Of a DNA stretch of 64,000 bases, positions 1 to 13,158 are shown one piece after another; within the stretch, counting starts at the first letter, position 1, and every line of letters begins with the position of its first letter. Made by a program: the position numbers and the translations under genes. The notes beneath the pieces were generated by a model. The model searched no databases. It had not been told where the DNA came from and saw nothing but the letters and a program-made list of their open reading frames with translations. Source of the stretch: an uncultured Lentisphaeraceae bacterium (lineage in GTDB: Bacteria; Verrucomicrobiota; Kiritimatiellia; RFP12; UBA1067). The DNA is taken from positions 31,271 to 95,270 of the forward strand of contig CAYZYQ010000001.1 in NCBI GenBank assembly GCA_964482645.1, in the 5' to 3' direction.

Positions 1-522
1 GAGATCATGATTCCGCTCACGGGCGACGTCAAGGAGTTCAAGTTCGTGAAGGACATCGTCGTCCACGTGGCGAACGATGAAATCCAGGCCGCCGAAATCA
101 AGCTCAACTACGAAGTCGGCACGATGATCGAAGTGCCGCGCGCCGCGCTCGTCGCGGACAAGATCGCGGAGGAGGCCGAGTTCTTCTGCTTCGGCACGAA
201 CGACCTCACGCAGATGACGTTCGGCTTCTCCCGCGACGACGCGGGCAAGTTCCTCGGCGACTACTACGACAAGAAGATCTACGAGAACGACCCGTTCCAG
301 AAGATCGACCCGGACGGCGTGGGCAAGCTCATGCGTTTGGCGGTCAAGGACGGCAAGGCCGTGCGCGAAGGGCTCCACTGCGGCATCTGCGGCGAACACG
401 GCGGCGATCCGGCCTCGATCGTGTTCTGCCATCAGATGGGACTCGACTACGTGTCCTGTTCGCCGTATCGTGTGCCGATCGCGCGTCTCGCGGCGGCGCA
501 GGCCGCGCTGGGCAAGAACTGA
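1..522 (+). CDS. ppdK: pyruvate, phosphate dikinase, C-terminal fragment (gene starts upstream of window)
   Basis: Translation GTNDLTQMTFGFSRDD...HCGICGEHGGDPASIVFCHQMGLDYVSCSPYRVPIARLAAAQAAL matches the PEP-utilising TIM-barrel C-terminus of PPDK; in frame from base 1, stop at 520-522. Confidence 0.85.
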   Translation, partial: EIMIPLTGDVKEFKFVKDIVVHVANDEIQAAEIKLNYEVGTMIEVPRAALVADKIAEEAEFFCFGTNDLTQMTFGFSRDDAGKFLGDYYDKKIYENDPFQKIDPDGVGKLMRLAVKDGKAVREGLHCGICGEHGGDPASIVFCHQMGLDYVSCSPYRVPIARLAAAQAALGKN

Positions 523-532
523 CGCGACGGCC

Positions 533-1285
533 GTGATCGAACGGGATGCCTATCTGCTGGCGGGTGCGACGGCGAGCGGGAAGACCGCCGCCGCGAACCT
601 GCTGGCTCGTGCGCGTGGCGCGGCAATTCTGAGCGCCGATTCCATGCTCGTCTATGCGGGCATGGACGTTGGCACGGCCAAGCCGTCGCCCGCCGAACGG
701 CGCGAGTTCGCCATGGGCGGCGTGGACGTCGTGACGCCGGCCGAGAAGTTTTCGTCGGGCGCTTGGTTGCGCGCGGCGGCGAAATGGCTGGCGAGCATTC
801 CCACGTCGCGCCCGATCGTCATCGTCGGCGGGACGGGGCTTTATTTCTCCGCATTGTTGCGCGGCCTCGACCGCACGTGGACGAATCCGCCGCCGGCCTA
901 TCCCGTGTTGCAGGTGGATCGCGCCGTGCTCCACGCGCGGATCGCGGCGCGGCTGGACGACATGTTCCTCGCGGGCCTCGCCCAGGAAGTCGCCGCCCTC
1001 CGCCGCGCCTATCCCGTCTGGTCGATCACGGCGGCGGCGGCCATTGGCTACAAGGAGTTCATCGACGGGCTGCCGGCGGCGGCGGTTCGTGAAAAGATTC
1101 TCGTGCGGACGCGCCAGCTGGCGAAACGTCAGGACACGTGGTTTCGCCATCAGGCGACGCCGCTCTACGTGCCGATCGGTGCGACGGCTGAAGAGACGGC
1201 CGCGCGAGTGGCGGACGTTTGGGACGCCCACGGCCCGTGGCGTGTGCGTCTGCCAGAAGAAGGAGAGACGGTCGATGTTGCTTGA
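533..1285 (+). CDS. miaA: tRNA dimethylallyltransferase
   Basis: P-loop AGATASGKTAAA near N-terminus, IVIVGGTGLYFSALLRGL motif; probable GTG start at 533 just after ppdK stop (alternative ATG 470 would overlap ppdK). Confidence 0.8.
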   Translation: MIERDAYLLAGATASGKTAAANLLARARGAAILSADSMLVYAGMDVGTAKPSPAERREFAMGGVDVVTPAEKFSSGAWLRAAAKWLASIPTSRPIVIVGGTGLYFSALLRGLDRTWTNPPPAYPVLQVDRAVLHARIAARLDDMFLAGLAQEVAALRRAYPVWSITAAAAIGYKEFIDGLPAAAVREKILVRTRQLAKRQDTWFRHQATPLYVPIGATAEETAARVADVWDAHGPWRVRLPEEGETVDVA

Positions 1286-2219
1286 CGTCCGGAATCTGCG
1301 GATTGCGTTCCATCGCGACGGACGGGAGATCGTGCCCGTTCGCGACGTGAGTTTCACGGTGCCCGAACACGGGCGCGTGGCGCTTGTGGGCGAATCGGGG
1401 TGCGGGAAGTCGCTCACCGCGCTCTCCCTGCGGCGGCTCTCTCCGACCGACCGGGCGGCGATTTCGGGCGAAATCCGCTTCACGCCGCCATCGTCGTCCC
1501 GCCGCCAGGCGGACGATCCGCGTCGTATTGCCTACGTCTTCCAGAATCCGTCGGATTCGCTCAATCCCGTGATGCGGATCGCAGACCAGATCCGCGAAGC
1601 GTTGCCGGACGAGTTGAACCGGGCGGCGCAGGACGCCCGCATTGTGGAACTGCTGGCGCGGACGGGACTGCCCGATCCGCAACGGGCCGCCCATGCCTAC
1701 CCGTGCGAGTTGTCCGGTGGACAACAGCAGCGGTGCATGATTGCAATGGCGTTGGCGGCCGAGCCGGATTTGCTCGTGGCGGACGAACCGACAACGGCGC
1801 TCGACGTGACGACGCAGAAGCAGGTGTTGGAATTGATCGATGCGTTGGCCGACGAGACCGGGATGGCCGTGCTGCTGATTACGCACAACCTCGGTCTCGT
1901 GGCGGGACGCATGGACGTTGTGAACGTGATGTATGCCGGGCGCATCGTCGAAAGCGGCCCCGTATTGGACGTGCTGGCGCGGCCGCGCCACCCGTACACG
2001 AAAGGCTTGCTGGCGGCCGTGCCGGCGCTCGATGCGCCGCGTGACGCGCCGCTCGCGGACATCCCCGGCACGGTGCCGCCGCCCGACGCCTGGCCGGCGG
2101 GATGCGCGTTCTGGCCGCGCTGCGCCCTCGCGCAGGAACGTTGCCGCCGGGTGTCGCCGCCCGATGTCGCCGACGGTCGCCGCCGCCATGCTTGCTGGCT
2201 GTCCCGTGCCGGCGACTGA
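1275..2219 (+). CDS. ABC transporter ATP-binding protein, oligopeptide/dipeptide (OppD/DppD) type
   Basis: Walker A GESGCGKS, signature LSGGQQQR, Walker B LLVADEPTTALD, C-terminal oligopeptide-ABC extension with conserved Cys pattern; ATG at 1275 inside longer ORF. Confidence 0.8.
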   Translation: MLLDVRNLRIAFHRDGREIVPVRDVSFTVPEHGRVALVGESGCGKSLTALSLRRLSPTDRAAISGEIRFTPPSSSRRQADDPRRIAYVFQNPSDSLNPVMRIADQIREALPDELNRAAQDARIVELLARTGLPDPQRAAHAYPCELSGGQQQRCMIAMALAAEPDLLVADEPTTALDVTTQKQVLELIDALADETGMAVLLITHNLGLVAGRMDVVNVMYAGRIVESGPVLDVLARPRHPYTKGLLAAVPALDAPRDAPLADIPGTVPPPDAWPAGCAFWPRCALAQERCRRVSPPDVADGRRRHACWLSRAGD

Positions 2220-2267
2220 CCGCTTCTTCCGTGATTTTATGATATAATCTAACGACCGATTTTATAA

Positions 2268-4736
<2,469 letters not shown>

Positions 4737-4748
4737 GGTCGCCCTCCC

Positions 4749-7517
4749 ATGAAGTGGACGCTCTACAACCTTCTGTTCGGCATCGCCTATCTGGCGATGC
4801 TGCCGTCGTTTCTCGTCCGCATGATGCGTCGCGGCGGCTACAAGGCGCGGATGGGCGATCGCTTCGGCCGCTATCCCGGCGACTTGAAAGTCCCCGAAGG
4901 CGCGGTGTGGATTCACGCGGTGAGCGTGGGCGAGGTCTTCGTGGCGGGGCAGATGATGGCGGCGTTGCGCGAACGTGCGCCGGACATCCGTTTCGTCTTT
5001 TCGACAACGTCCTCCACGGGCTGGTCGGAGGCGGAGAAGATTGTGGGGCCGCACGATGTGCTGATCTACAATCCGCTCGACTTCAGCGGGTGCGTGAAAC
5101 GTGCGCTCGACCGGATGCGTCCCCGTGCCGTCATTCTGACGGAGAGTGAAATCTGGCCCACGTTCATTCGCGCCCTCAAGGCCCGCAACATTCCCGTCTT
5201 TCTGATAAACGCCCGCGTGTCGGATCGCAGTGCCCCGCGCTACCGGAAACTGCGTTGGTTCTTCGGCGACGTGTTGCGCTGTTTCACGAAGATTTTTGCC
5301 CAATCGCAGTTGGATGCCGACCGTCTGGTGGCGGCGGGCGCCGATTCGGCGACGGTCGAGGTGACGGGTTCGTTCAAGTTCGACGTCGCGCGTCGGAATG
5401 CGGCCAAGGAACGCGAACTGCGCGGCTGGATCGGGCCAGGCGACATTCTGCTCGGTGCCAGTACGTGGCCGGGGGAAGACCAGGCGCTGGTGCGGATCTA
5501 CCAGGCGTTGCTGCGGTCGCGGCCGGACGTGAAACTCGTCCTCGCGCCGCGCCATTTCGAGAAAGCGGACGCCGTGGAGGCCAACATCCGCAAGGCCGGT
5601 TTCTCCTGCGTCCGCCGTTCATGCGATCTTGTGGCCATGCCCTCTGAAGACCCCAACGTCTATCTCTGCGACACGACGGGCGAACTGATGGGGCTTTACG
5701 GCATCGCGACGGTCGCGTTCGTCGGGAAGTCGCTCTGTGCGCATGGCGCCCAGAACATGGTCGAGCCGTGCCTCTGCGGCATCGCCACGTTGGTGGGGCC
5801 GAACACCGAGAACTTCCGTCCCGTGATGCACGATTTGCTGGCGCAGAAAGCGCTCGTTCAAGTGGGGAGCGAAGACGCCCTGCGGCGGGAGGTGCTGCGG
5901 CTTTTCAACGATGCGTCCGCTCGCACTGCGTTGGGCGAACGCGCACGTGCGGCTGTCGCGAGCCGGCGCGGCGTCGTGGGGCGTTGTGCCGACGAATTGC
6001 TGGCCGCGTTGCGTCCGCCGGTTTCGCTGGACGTTTCGGGGACGGCTGTCTCGGACGTTCGCAAGCGGTCGCATCGGGTGGCGATTTGGACGTGCGTAGC
6101 CGCCGCGCTCCTCTATTTGGCGTCGTGTCCGTTCGTCGTGCCGCGTCTCAACCATGCCTGGGATTATCTGCAGATGGACGCCAACCGTCGTTATTCGACG
6201 TTCATCGGTCTCTCGGCCGCGACGCTCATTTACCCGTGGTCGTTGCCTGCGGCGCGGACGGCCTGTCGCGGCCTTCGCCAGCGCGAAGTGGCGGGTGTGG
6301 ACGAGTTTGGCGTCGACCGTTTCCAGTCGACGGCGAAGTTGAAAAACCTGCTGCCGCGTCTTTTCGACGGACGGCGGACGGTGGCGTTCGACGCCCGTTT
6401 CGCCACGCTTGCGGATTTGAAAGGCGTCCACACGTTCATGTGCCGGGAAGGGGACGGTTATTGGCTGTGGTGCATCGGTCGTTGGGACTATCTGTTTATT
6501 GCCAAGAAGGGGGACGACGGGCGGACTGAGACGGTTGATTCGGCGGCGTTTCTGGAGAAGTTCTCCGGATTGTTCGACGATTTTGCGTCGGCGGGTATCT
6601 ACGCGCCGGCGGATCTCTTCGCCTCCTACGTGGGGGACGAGACGACGACTGCGCCGTTGTTGGAGGATGTGACGGCCGGAGACCGGATGTTGTCGGCGGT
6701 GCTGCCGTTGCGCTTGGCGTTCAAGCCCACGCCGACGGGCGGCCGCGGGCCGGTCGTCGCTTCGCGCCTGATGCCCTACGAACTGCCGCCGCTGGAGTGG
6801 TTCAAGCGTGGGGAGACGGACGGGCGCGTCTTCCTCACGTTCATCGAGCGGATTGACGCCGTGCAAGTCGCCCGGCGCGGTATTCTGCTGGGATTTGATG
6901 CGGCCGACGCGGGCGCGTCGACGAACGCCGTGTCGTCCTGGTCGGCGGCGGCCAAGACGAATCCGCGTGATCCGTTGCTGATGAATCTCGTCGATTCGTT
7001 GGACTTGGAAGGGCGGCGCTTTCTCAAAATCGGCAATGTGAACGGAGCGATTCGCTGCTACGAGAATCGTCTGCTCATTCGCCCGAACGACGTCGCGGCC
7101 GTCCACAACTTCGGCATCTGCCTCAAGAAATCGGGGCATCCCGACGTGGCCGCGCGGATTTTCGCGCGCGCGGTGGAGATGGATCCGAAGACGGACGCGC
7201 ATCGGTTGGAACTCGTCGAGACGTGCGCGGCGAGCGGGCATGAGGATATCGCCTGCCGCCAGCTGGACGTGCTGATGAAACGCCATCCAGACGATCCGGC
7301 GTTGATGATGCGCGCGGCGCGGTTGCTCTGTCTGCAGTCGAACAAGGCGCGGAACGACGCGCGCGCGGTGGATTTGGCGGAAAACGCTGTCAGATTGACG
7401 GGTTGGAAAGACCGTGCCTACGTACAGGCCCTTGCGGACGTCTACATTGAAGTCGGACAAGTCCGCTTGGGCGTGGCGCTTAAACGGAAAATGAAAGAAA
7501 TGAGGTTTGAAAAATGA
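4749..7517 (+). CDS. waaA: 3-deoxy-D-manno-octulosonic acid (Kdo) transferase fused to a ~490-aa C-terminal extension containing TPR repeats
   Basis: N-terminal 430 aa match KdtA/WaaA (VWIHAVSVGE..., glycosyltransferase C-domain); continuous 922-aa ORF; TPR-like helices near residues 780-900 (NRLLIRPNDVAAVHNFGICLKKSGHPDVAARIFARAVEMDP). Confidence 0.75.
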   Translation: MKWTLYNLLFGIAYLAMLPSFLVRMMRRGGYKARMGDRFGRYPGDLKVPEGAVWIHAVSVGEVFVAGQMMAALRERAPDIRFVFSTTSSTGWSEAEKIVGPHDVLIYNPLDFSGCVKRALDRMRPRAVILTESEIWPTFIRALKARNIPVFLINARVSDRSAPRYRKLRWFFGDVLRCFTKIFAQSQLDADRLVAAGADSATVEVTGSFKFDVARRNAAKERELRGWIGPGDILLGASTWPGEDQALVRIYQALLRSRPDVKLVLAPRHFEKADAVEANIRKAGFSCVRRSCDLVAMPSEDPNVYLCDTTGELMGLYGIATVAFVGKSLCAHGAQNMVEPCLCGIATLVGPNTENFRPVMHDLLAQKALVQVGSEDALRREVLRLFNDASARTALGERARAAVASRRGVVGRCADELLAALRPPVSLDVSGTAVSDVRKRSHRVAIWTCVAAALLYLASCPFVVPRLNHAWDYLQMDANRRYSTFIGLSAATLIYPWSLPAARTACRGLRQREVAGVDEFGVDRFQSTAKLKNLLPRLFDGRRTVAFDARFATLADLKGVHTFMCREGDGYWLWCIGRWDYLFIAKKGDDGRTETVDSAAFLEKFSGLFDDFASAGIYAPADLFASYVGDETTTAPLLEDVTAGDRMLSAVLPLRLAFKPTPTGGRGPVVASRLMPYELPPLEWFKRGETDGRVFLTFIERIDAVQVARRGILLGFDAADAGASTNAVSSWSAAAKTNPRDPLLMNLVDSLDLEGRRFLKIGNVNGAIRCYENRLLIRPNDVAAVHNFGICLKKSGHPDVAARIFARAVEMDPKTDAHRLELVETCAASGHEDIACRQLDVLMKRHPDDPALMMRAARLLCLQSNKARNDARAVDLAENAVRLTGWKDRAYVQALADVYIEVGQVRLGVALKRKMKEMRFEK

Positions 7518-8209
7518 AACGTGCAGTCGCTTTCCTCTCGCTCGTTCTGCTGGCGGGGTGCTTCACCCTCCATCGTTCCGCCGTCACGCCCGTTCAGATG
7601 ACGAAGGCGCCGGCGGGGCGCGACGTCAAGGTGGCCGTGTCGGGCTTCGCCGCCACGCTCACGGAGTACATTCCCGTCTATGGCTACACGACGGGCTACG
7701 TCGACCACGGCCCCTATCGCGGGCGGCATGGCCGCTGGTACTACACGGGCGGGCACTACGAGACCGTGACGACGGAGACGCTGGTGCCGAAAATCAGCCC
7801 CAACGAGGCGTTTCTCAAACGGGCGCAGACGCACCTGGAGGAGAATGGGTTTCTGCTGCGCGCGCCTGAACCCGCGTTTACGATCGATGTTGCGTTCAGT
7901 GGCCCGTTCGTTTCGGCGAGCGAGAAGTCGGCGGAATGGGCGTGGATGCTGCTCTCCGTCCTCTCCGCCGAATATTCCGTCCAGAACTGGACGGCGAAGT
8001 TGAAGATCTACGACAACAAGACGGGGCGGCTCGTGTTCAGCCACGACTACGCCGAGAAGTTTGAGGATGTCGTCTGGTCGCCGCTCTTCTTCGTTGGGCT
8101 GGCGGGCTACGACGAGAACACCTACAATTTTATGCAGAGCTGGTGTCTGACGATTCTGACCGATCGTGCCATGGCCGACGCGACGGCGTTTCTCGCCAAG
8201 ATGCCGTGA
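7514..8209 (+). CDS. lipoprotein, unknown function
   Basis: Signal peptide with lipobox LLAGC; ATGA overlap with upstream gene. Confidence 0.6.
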   Translation: MKRAVAFLSLVLLAGCFTLHRSAVTPVQMTKAPAGRDVKVAVSGFAATLTEYIPVYGYTTGYVDHGPYRGRHGRWYYTGGHYETVTTETLVPKISPNEAFLKRAQTHLEENGFLLRAPEPAFTIDVAFSGPFVSASEKSAEWAWMLLSVLSAEYSVQNWTAKLKIYDNKTGRLVFSHDYAEKFEDVVWSPLFFVGLAGYDENTYNFMQSWCLTILTDRAMADATAFLAKMP

Positions 8210-8237
8210 GCATTCGTGCCGTTTGAACTGAAGGGAG

Positions 8238-9647
8238 TTGAAGATGCCGTTTATCAACGATGAGTTTTTGCTGACGACGGACGCCGCGAAGGAACTGTAC
8301 CACGGTTATGCGGAGAAGATGCCGATCATCGACTACCACTGTCATCTGCCGCCGGCGGAAATCGCCGAGGACATGCGGTGGGAGAACATCGCGCAAGTCT
8401 GGCTAGGCGGCGACCACTACAAGTGGCGGCAGATGCGCTCGAACGGCGTTGACGAGAAGTACATCACGGGCGACGGCTCGTGGGAAGAGAAGTTCAACGC
8501 TTTCGCCGCGACGATGGAGCGTCTGATCAAGAACCCGCTCTTCGACTGGTCGCATCTTGAACTCGCGCGTTATTTTGGCGTGACGGATCGTCTCTCGTCC
8601 CAAACGGCCGCGCAGATCTGGGCGACGTGCAACGCGCAGTTGCAACGCCCCGAATTCTCGGCGCGGGGTTTGATGGCGCGGTCGAACGTGAAGGTTGTCT
8701 GCACGACGGACGATCCGGTCGATTCGCTCGAACATCATCGGGCGATCGCGCGTCAGCCGTTCGGGACGAAAATCCTGCCCGCCTGGCGGAGCGACAAGGC
8801 TTCGAAAATCGACCATCCGACCGTGTGGAATGACTGGATGGACAAGTTGGCGGCGGCGGCGGGGATGCCGGTGAAGACGATGGACGATTTTCGCGCGGCT
8901 TTGCAGGCGCGGCACAGCTTTTTCGCGCAGACCGGTTGCGTCGTTTCCGACTACGGCCTCACCGAAATCTTCGCGACGCCCTACACGGAAGCCGAACTGT
9001 GTGCCATTTTCAAGAAAGTGCGCACGGGCGGAACGGCGACGGACGAGGAGGTGCGCAAGTTCAAAAGCGCGTGGCTTTACGAAGGATTGAAAGCGGACGC
9101 AGCGTCCGACTGGTCGGCGCAGCTCCATTTCGGCTGTCTGCGCGACAATAACACGCGGATGTTCCAGATGCGGGGGCCGGATACGGGGTTCGACTGCATG
9201 GGCGATTGGAATGTGGCGGCGAATCTGTCGCGTCTGTTCGACCGTCTGGAGATGGCGGATGCGCTGCCGCGTACGATTCTCTATTCGCTCAACCCGAAGG
9301 ATACGGAAATGCTCGGCACGTTGATGGGGTGCTTCCAGAAGGGGCCCGTGCGTGGCAAGATCCAGCTCGGCGCCGCCTGGTGGTTCCTCGACCAGAAGGA
9401 CGGCATGAAGAAGCAGATCGAGGCGTTGGCGGCGCTGGGATGTCTGGGGAACTTCGTCGGCATGTTGACGGACAGCCGTAGTTTCCTGAGCTACACGCGC
9501 CACGAGTACTTCCGCCGCATTCTCTGCGCCAAGCTGGGCGAGGAAATCGAGCGTGGCGAAATCCCGAACGATCTCGCATGGGTGGGCGGACTTGTCGCTG
9601 ATATTTCCTACAATAACGCAAACCGCTATTTCTTCGGCGGAAAGTGA
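8238..9647 (+). CDS. uxaC: glucuronate (uronate) isomerase
   Basis: N-terminus MPFINDEFLLTTDAAKELYH...PIIDYHCHL and WLGGDHYKWRQMR are characteristic of UxaC; 469 aa. Confidence 0.9.
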   Translation: MKMPFINDEFLLTTDAAKELYHGYAEKMPIIDYHCHLPPAEIAEDMRWENIAQVWLGGDHYKWRQMRSNGVDEKYITGDGSWEEKFNAFAATMERLIKNPLFDWSHLELARYFGVTDRLSSQTAAQIWATCNAQLQRPEFSARGLMARSNVKVVCTTDDPVDSLEHHRAIARQPFGTKILPAWRSDKASKIDHPTVWNDWMDKLAAAAGMPVKTMDDFRAALQARHSFFAQTGCVVSDYGLTEIFATPYTEAELCAIFKKVRTGGTATDEEVRKFKSAWLYEGLKADAASDWSAQLHFGCLRDNNTRMFQMRGPDTGFDCMGDWNVAANLSRLFDRLEMADALPRTILYSLNPKDTEMLGTLMGCFQKGPVRGKIQLGAAWWFLDQKDGMKKQIEALAALGCLGNFVGMLTDSRSFLSYTRHEYFRRILCAKLGEEIERGEIPNDLAWVGGLVADISYNNANRYFFGGK

Positions 9648-9720
9648 GGGTCCGCGCCGACCACCCCTATGTGCAGGGTGCGGTTCACGGAGACGCGAAA
9701 CGAACGAATAAAGAACATGA

Positions 9721-9754
9721 AAAAAGTCCGGCGAACGAGATTCGCCGGACTTTT
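9721..9754. terminator. bidirectional rho-independent terminator between convergent uxaC and purM
   Basis: aaaaa GTCCGGCGAA cgaga TTCGCCGGAC tttt : 10-bp perfect stem flanked by A-run and T-run. Confidence 0.6.
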
Positions 9755-9780
9755 GCGTACCACCGTCGTGGACGGACGGA

Positions 9781-10845
9781 TTACTTGGAGAAGACGACCT
9801 GCGGGCCATCGCCCTTGCGCTTGCGGATGACGCCGATCTGCTTCCAGGACTGGCGCAGATTGCGGAAGAGCGTCTTGACGCGGGGGAGCTGATCGGCCGG
9901 CAGGATGATGACGAAGCCGATGCCCATGTTGAACACGCGGTACATTTCGTCGTGATCCACCTTGCCCTGGCGTTCGATGAAGTTGAACACCGTCGGAACC
10001 GTCCAGGACGTGCGGTCGATTTCGCAGACGACCGAGTCGGGCAGGACACGCGGAATGTTGTCCGGGAATCCACCGCCCGTGATGTGTGCCATGCCGTTGA
10101 TTTTGATCTTGGAATCCAGCAGCTTGGTGACGGGCTTGAGGAAGCTCTTGTGGACGGCGAGGAGGGCGCTGCCGACGGTCTGATTCGTACCAGGCAGCTT
10201 GTCCTGCGGCGACATCTGGCAGATGTCGAAGAACACGCGGCGGGCGAGGGAGTAGCCGTTCGTCTGGAGACCGCCGGAGGGGAGGCCGATCACGACGTCC
10301 CCGGCGCGGATGGACTTGCCCGTGATGACATCCTTCTTCGCGACCGTGCCGACGATCGTGCCCGTGAGATCGTACTCGCCGGCGGGATAGAGACCGGGGA
10401 GTTCAGCCGTTTCGCCGCCGAGAAGCGCCATGCTATTCTCCTTGCAGGCCTTGCAGAGGCCGGCGACGATCTGCTTGAAGACGGGGCCGTCGAACTTCGA
10501 CGTGCCAACGTAGTCCATGAAGAAAAGCGGCCGGGCGCCCTGGACGAGAATGTCGTTGACGCAGTGGTTCACGATGTCCTGACCCACCGTGTCATGCTTC
10601 TTCATCATGCAGGCGATTTTGAGTTTCGTGCCCACGCCGTCCGATGACGCGACGAGCAGCGTGTCCTTTGAACTTCCGTTCGGCAGCTTGCACAGTCCGC
10701 CAAACGAACCGATTCCGCCGACGACGTTCGGGGTCTTGGTGGTTCCAACCATCGTCTTGATGGCTTTCAACGCCTCCATTTTGCTGTCGATGTTGACACC
10801 GGCGGCGGCATAGGCGGATTTCGCGGCGGGCGCGGGATTGTTCAC
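9781..10845 (-). CDS. purM: phosphoribosylformylglycinamidine cyclo-ligase (AIR synthetase)
   Basis: Full-length match to PurM (AAAGVNIDSKMEALKAIK..., DGVGTKLK, LLGGETAE motifs); 354 aa. Confidence 0.95.
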   Translation of the reverse strand: MNNPAPAAKSAYAAAGVNIDSKMEALKAIKTMVGTTKTPNVVGGIGSFGGLCKLPNGSSKDTLLVASSDGVGTKLKIACMMKKHDTVGQDIVNHCVNDILVQGARPLFFMDYVGTSKFDGPVFKQIVAGLCKACKENSMALLGGETAELPGLYPAGEYDLTGTIVGTVAKKDVITGKSIRAGDVVIGLPSGGLQTNGYSLARRVFFDICQMSPQDKLPGTNQTVGSALLAVHKSFLKPVTKLLDSKIKINGMAHITGGGFPDNIPRVLPDSVVCEIDRTSWTVPTVFNFIERQGKVDHDEMYRVFNMGIGFVIILPADQLPRVKTLFRNLRQSWKQIGVIRKRKGDGPQVVFSK

Positions 10846-10924
10846 GATGATGCTCCTTTGTTAAATTTCCATTTCGGGAAAATTGCGCATATTTTAGCAG
10901 AAACTTTGCTTGGGCGCAACCCCT

Positions 10925-10953
10925 TGACACTCACTTCAGAAAATGATATTCTA
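10925..10953 (+). promoter_or_regulatory. sigma70-like promoter candidate upstream of rpoD
   Basis: TTGACA - 17 nt - TATTCT in divergent purM/rpoD intergenic region; second TTGACT at 10959. Confidence 0.35.
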
Positions 10954-11001
10954 TCCCCTTGACTTTTTATCCCTAAACTAGGATTGTACCCTGGAGTGGA
11001 C

Positions 11002-13104
11002 ATGGCGACAAAAGATACGCAAAAAAAGGCTGAAATCGGAAAAACAGGGAAGAAAAGAGGTTCAGCCGCAAAGAAGGAAGATTCTGCCCCGAAGAAACGG
11101 ACGCGGAAATCCGCCAAGGACTGGGACGTCGAGGCGGAAGATGACGTTTCCGCTGGGAATGCGGACGAGGCGTCTTCCTCCGAGGCGTTCCTGGACGCCC
11201 CTGGTGGCGAGTTGGACGATGCGGAGAGCGAAGCGCGGGATTTGAATCTCGACAGCGTGGCGCGGGAAGTCGCGGCGGCCGAGAACATTGATGATTTGCC
11301 GGCGGACGAACAGGACGTGCCGGATCCGTCCGTGCTGGGCGATTCGTTCATTGCCGACGTCTTTTCCCCGATGTCGGGCGGCGAGTTCGGCGACGACGGC
11401 GACGGGGAGACGATGACGAGTTTCGAGGGAGGCAGCGAGATGCGCTTCGGCGAAATCCAGGCCGCCGTGAGCGAACTCGTCCACATCTCCGAACGCAACG
11501 GCGGGTTCGTCACGAAGGAGATTCTCGACCAGCACATGCCCTGGGGCGCGTTGCTGGACGAGGGGACGGACACCGAGAAGGCGATCGAGAACTTCAAGAC
11601 GATGCTGGACAAGCTCGGCGTGCGCGTGATCGACTCCCGCGAAACGGAGGCGTTCATTGCCGACAAGGACAGTACGCTCGACAAGTTGTCGCAGAAAGCG
11701 CGGACGCAGGAGCTGTTCGACGATCCCATCCGCATGTACCTGCACCAGATGGGGCAGGTGCCGCTTCTGAGCCAGACGGAAGAAATCGAAATCTGCAAGC
11801 GGATCGAGGAGTCCGAGGAGAAAACGCAGGATCTGTTCAACCGCTTCGCGTTCACGCCCGGCATGTACCTGAGTTTGCTCGCCAAGCTGGAGGCCATGCA
11901 GGAGCGCTTCGACCGCGTGGTGACGGACAAGTTCGACGACAACCGCGACGCCTACATGGATCGTCTGCCGGAACTCCGCAAGATGTTGACCGACGTCGCC
12001 AAGCGTTTGCACGACGCGCAGGACAAGTACATGGCCGTCATGGGCCAGCGCAAGAAAATGACGGATGCACAGATCCGGGGCGCCGAGACGACCGTCAAGA
12101 ACGCGCGTGACGCGCTGCGGAAGGCCTACGAGGAACTGAACTTCAAGCAGAAGGTGCTGGAGACGCTCTGCCGTGAGGCGGACGAGACGATCTATCTGCC
12201 CTATCGCGGCCTCCTGTCGCAGAAGCAGACGCTCCTCGGCCAGCATCCTTCCAAGAAGCGCGAAACGGAGCTGGGGAGGGTTCGCGCCGAAATCGAAAAG
12301 CTGGAAGCGCGGTTCGGGATGCCACCGGAGGAGTTTTTGGAGACGTTTGGCGAATTGCGCGACTTCCTCCACCGGGGTGAAGAGGCACGCACGAAGATGG
12401 TGGAGGCGAACCTCCGTCTCGTGATTTCGATTGTGAAGAAGTACATGAACCGCGGCCTCAGCTTCCTCGACCTCATTCAGGAGGGCAATACGGGGTTGAT
12501 GAAGGCCGTTGAGAAGTTCGAGTACACGCGCGGCTACAAGTTTTCGACGTACGCCACGTGGTGGATTCGTCAGGCCGCCACGCGCGCGATTGCCGACCAG
12601 GCGCGGACGATCCGTATCCCCGTGCACATGATCGAGACGATCAACAAGTTGATGCGCGTCCAGAAGAAGCTGATTCAGAAACTGGGCCGCGAGCCGACCG
12701 AGAAGGAACTCTCCCTCGAAATGGAGATGAAGCCCGAACAGGTCCGCGCGGTGCGCCGCATGGCGCAGCAGCCGATTTCCCTCCAGTCGAAGGTCGGCGA
12801 CAACGACGACGCCAAGTACGGCGATTTCATTCCGGACACGACGGCCGAGAACCCGTCCGAGCAGACGGCCTACTCGATGCTGCGTGAACGGTTGGGCGAA
12901 ATCCTGCAGACGCTCACGGATCGTGAGCGGCAGGTGCTGGACTACCGTTTTGGGCTCACCGACGGTTTCTCCAGGACGTTGGAAGAGGTGGGCAAGCAGT
13001 TCAATGTGACGCGCGAACGCATCCGCCAAATCGAAGCGAAGGCCTTGCGTAAACTGCGTCACCCCTCGCGTCTCAAGAAACTCGACGGGTTCCTCGCGGG
13101 TTGA
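11002..13104 (+). CDS. rpoD: RNA polymerase sigma factor RpoD (sigma-70) with long acidic N-terminal region
   Basis: Regions 1.2-4.2 conserved ([37 protein letters not shown]; C-terminal region 4 HTH); GGAG 7 nt upstream of ATG 11002. Confidence 0.95.
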   Translation: MATKDTQKKAEIGKTGKKRGSAAKKEDSAPKKRTRKSAKDWDVEAEDDVSAGNADEASSSEAFLDAPGGELDDAESEARDLNLDSVAREVAAAENIDDLPADEQDVPDPSVLGDSFIADVFSPMSGGEFGDDGDGETMTSFEGGSEMRFGEIQAAVSELVHISERNGGFVTKEILDQHMPWGALLDEGTDTEKAIENFKTMLDKLGVRVIDSRETEAFIADKDSTLDKLSQKARTQELFDDPIRMYLHQMGQVPLLSQTEEIEICKRIEESEEKTQDLFNRFAFTPGMYLSLLAKLEAMQERFDRVVTDKFDDNRDAYMDRLPELRKMLTDVAKRLHDAQDKYMAVMGQRKKMTDAQIRGAETTVKNARDALRKAYEELNFKQKVLETLCREADETIYLPYRGLLSQKQTLLGQHPSKKRETELGRVRAEIEKLEARFGMPPEEFLETFGELRDFLHRGEEARTKMVEANLRLVISIVKKYMNRGLSFLDLIQEGNTGLMKAVEKFEYTRGYKFSTYATWWIRQAATRAIADQARTIRIPVHMIETINKLMRVQKKLIQKLGREPTEKELSLEMEMKPEQVRAVRRMAQQPISLQSKVGDNDDAKYGDFIPDTTAENPSEQTAYSMLRERLGEILQTLTDRERQVLDYRFGLTDGFSRTLEEVGKQFNVTRERIRQIEAKALRKLRHPSRLKKLDGFLAG

Positions 13105-13158
13105 CGTTTGGAGGCGCCGACGGGAAAGAAGAGAAGAAGAAAGGTAGAGTAGAAGAAA

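Noticed and set aside
470-532. ATG 470 as miaA start
   Set aside because: It would overlap ppdK by 50 nt and add an Arg-rich non-conserved leader. GTG 533, immediately after the ppdK stop, aligns with the MiaA P-loop N-terminus.
344-1483. 379-aa minus-strand ORF spanning ppdK/miaA
   Set aside because: It is antisense to two conserved genes and its translation is Arg-rich low-complexity sequence.
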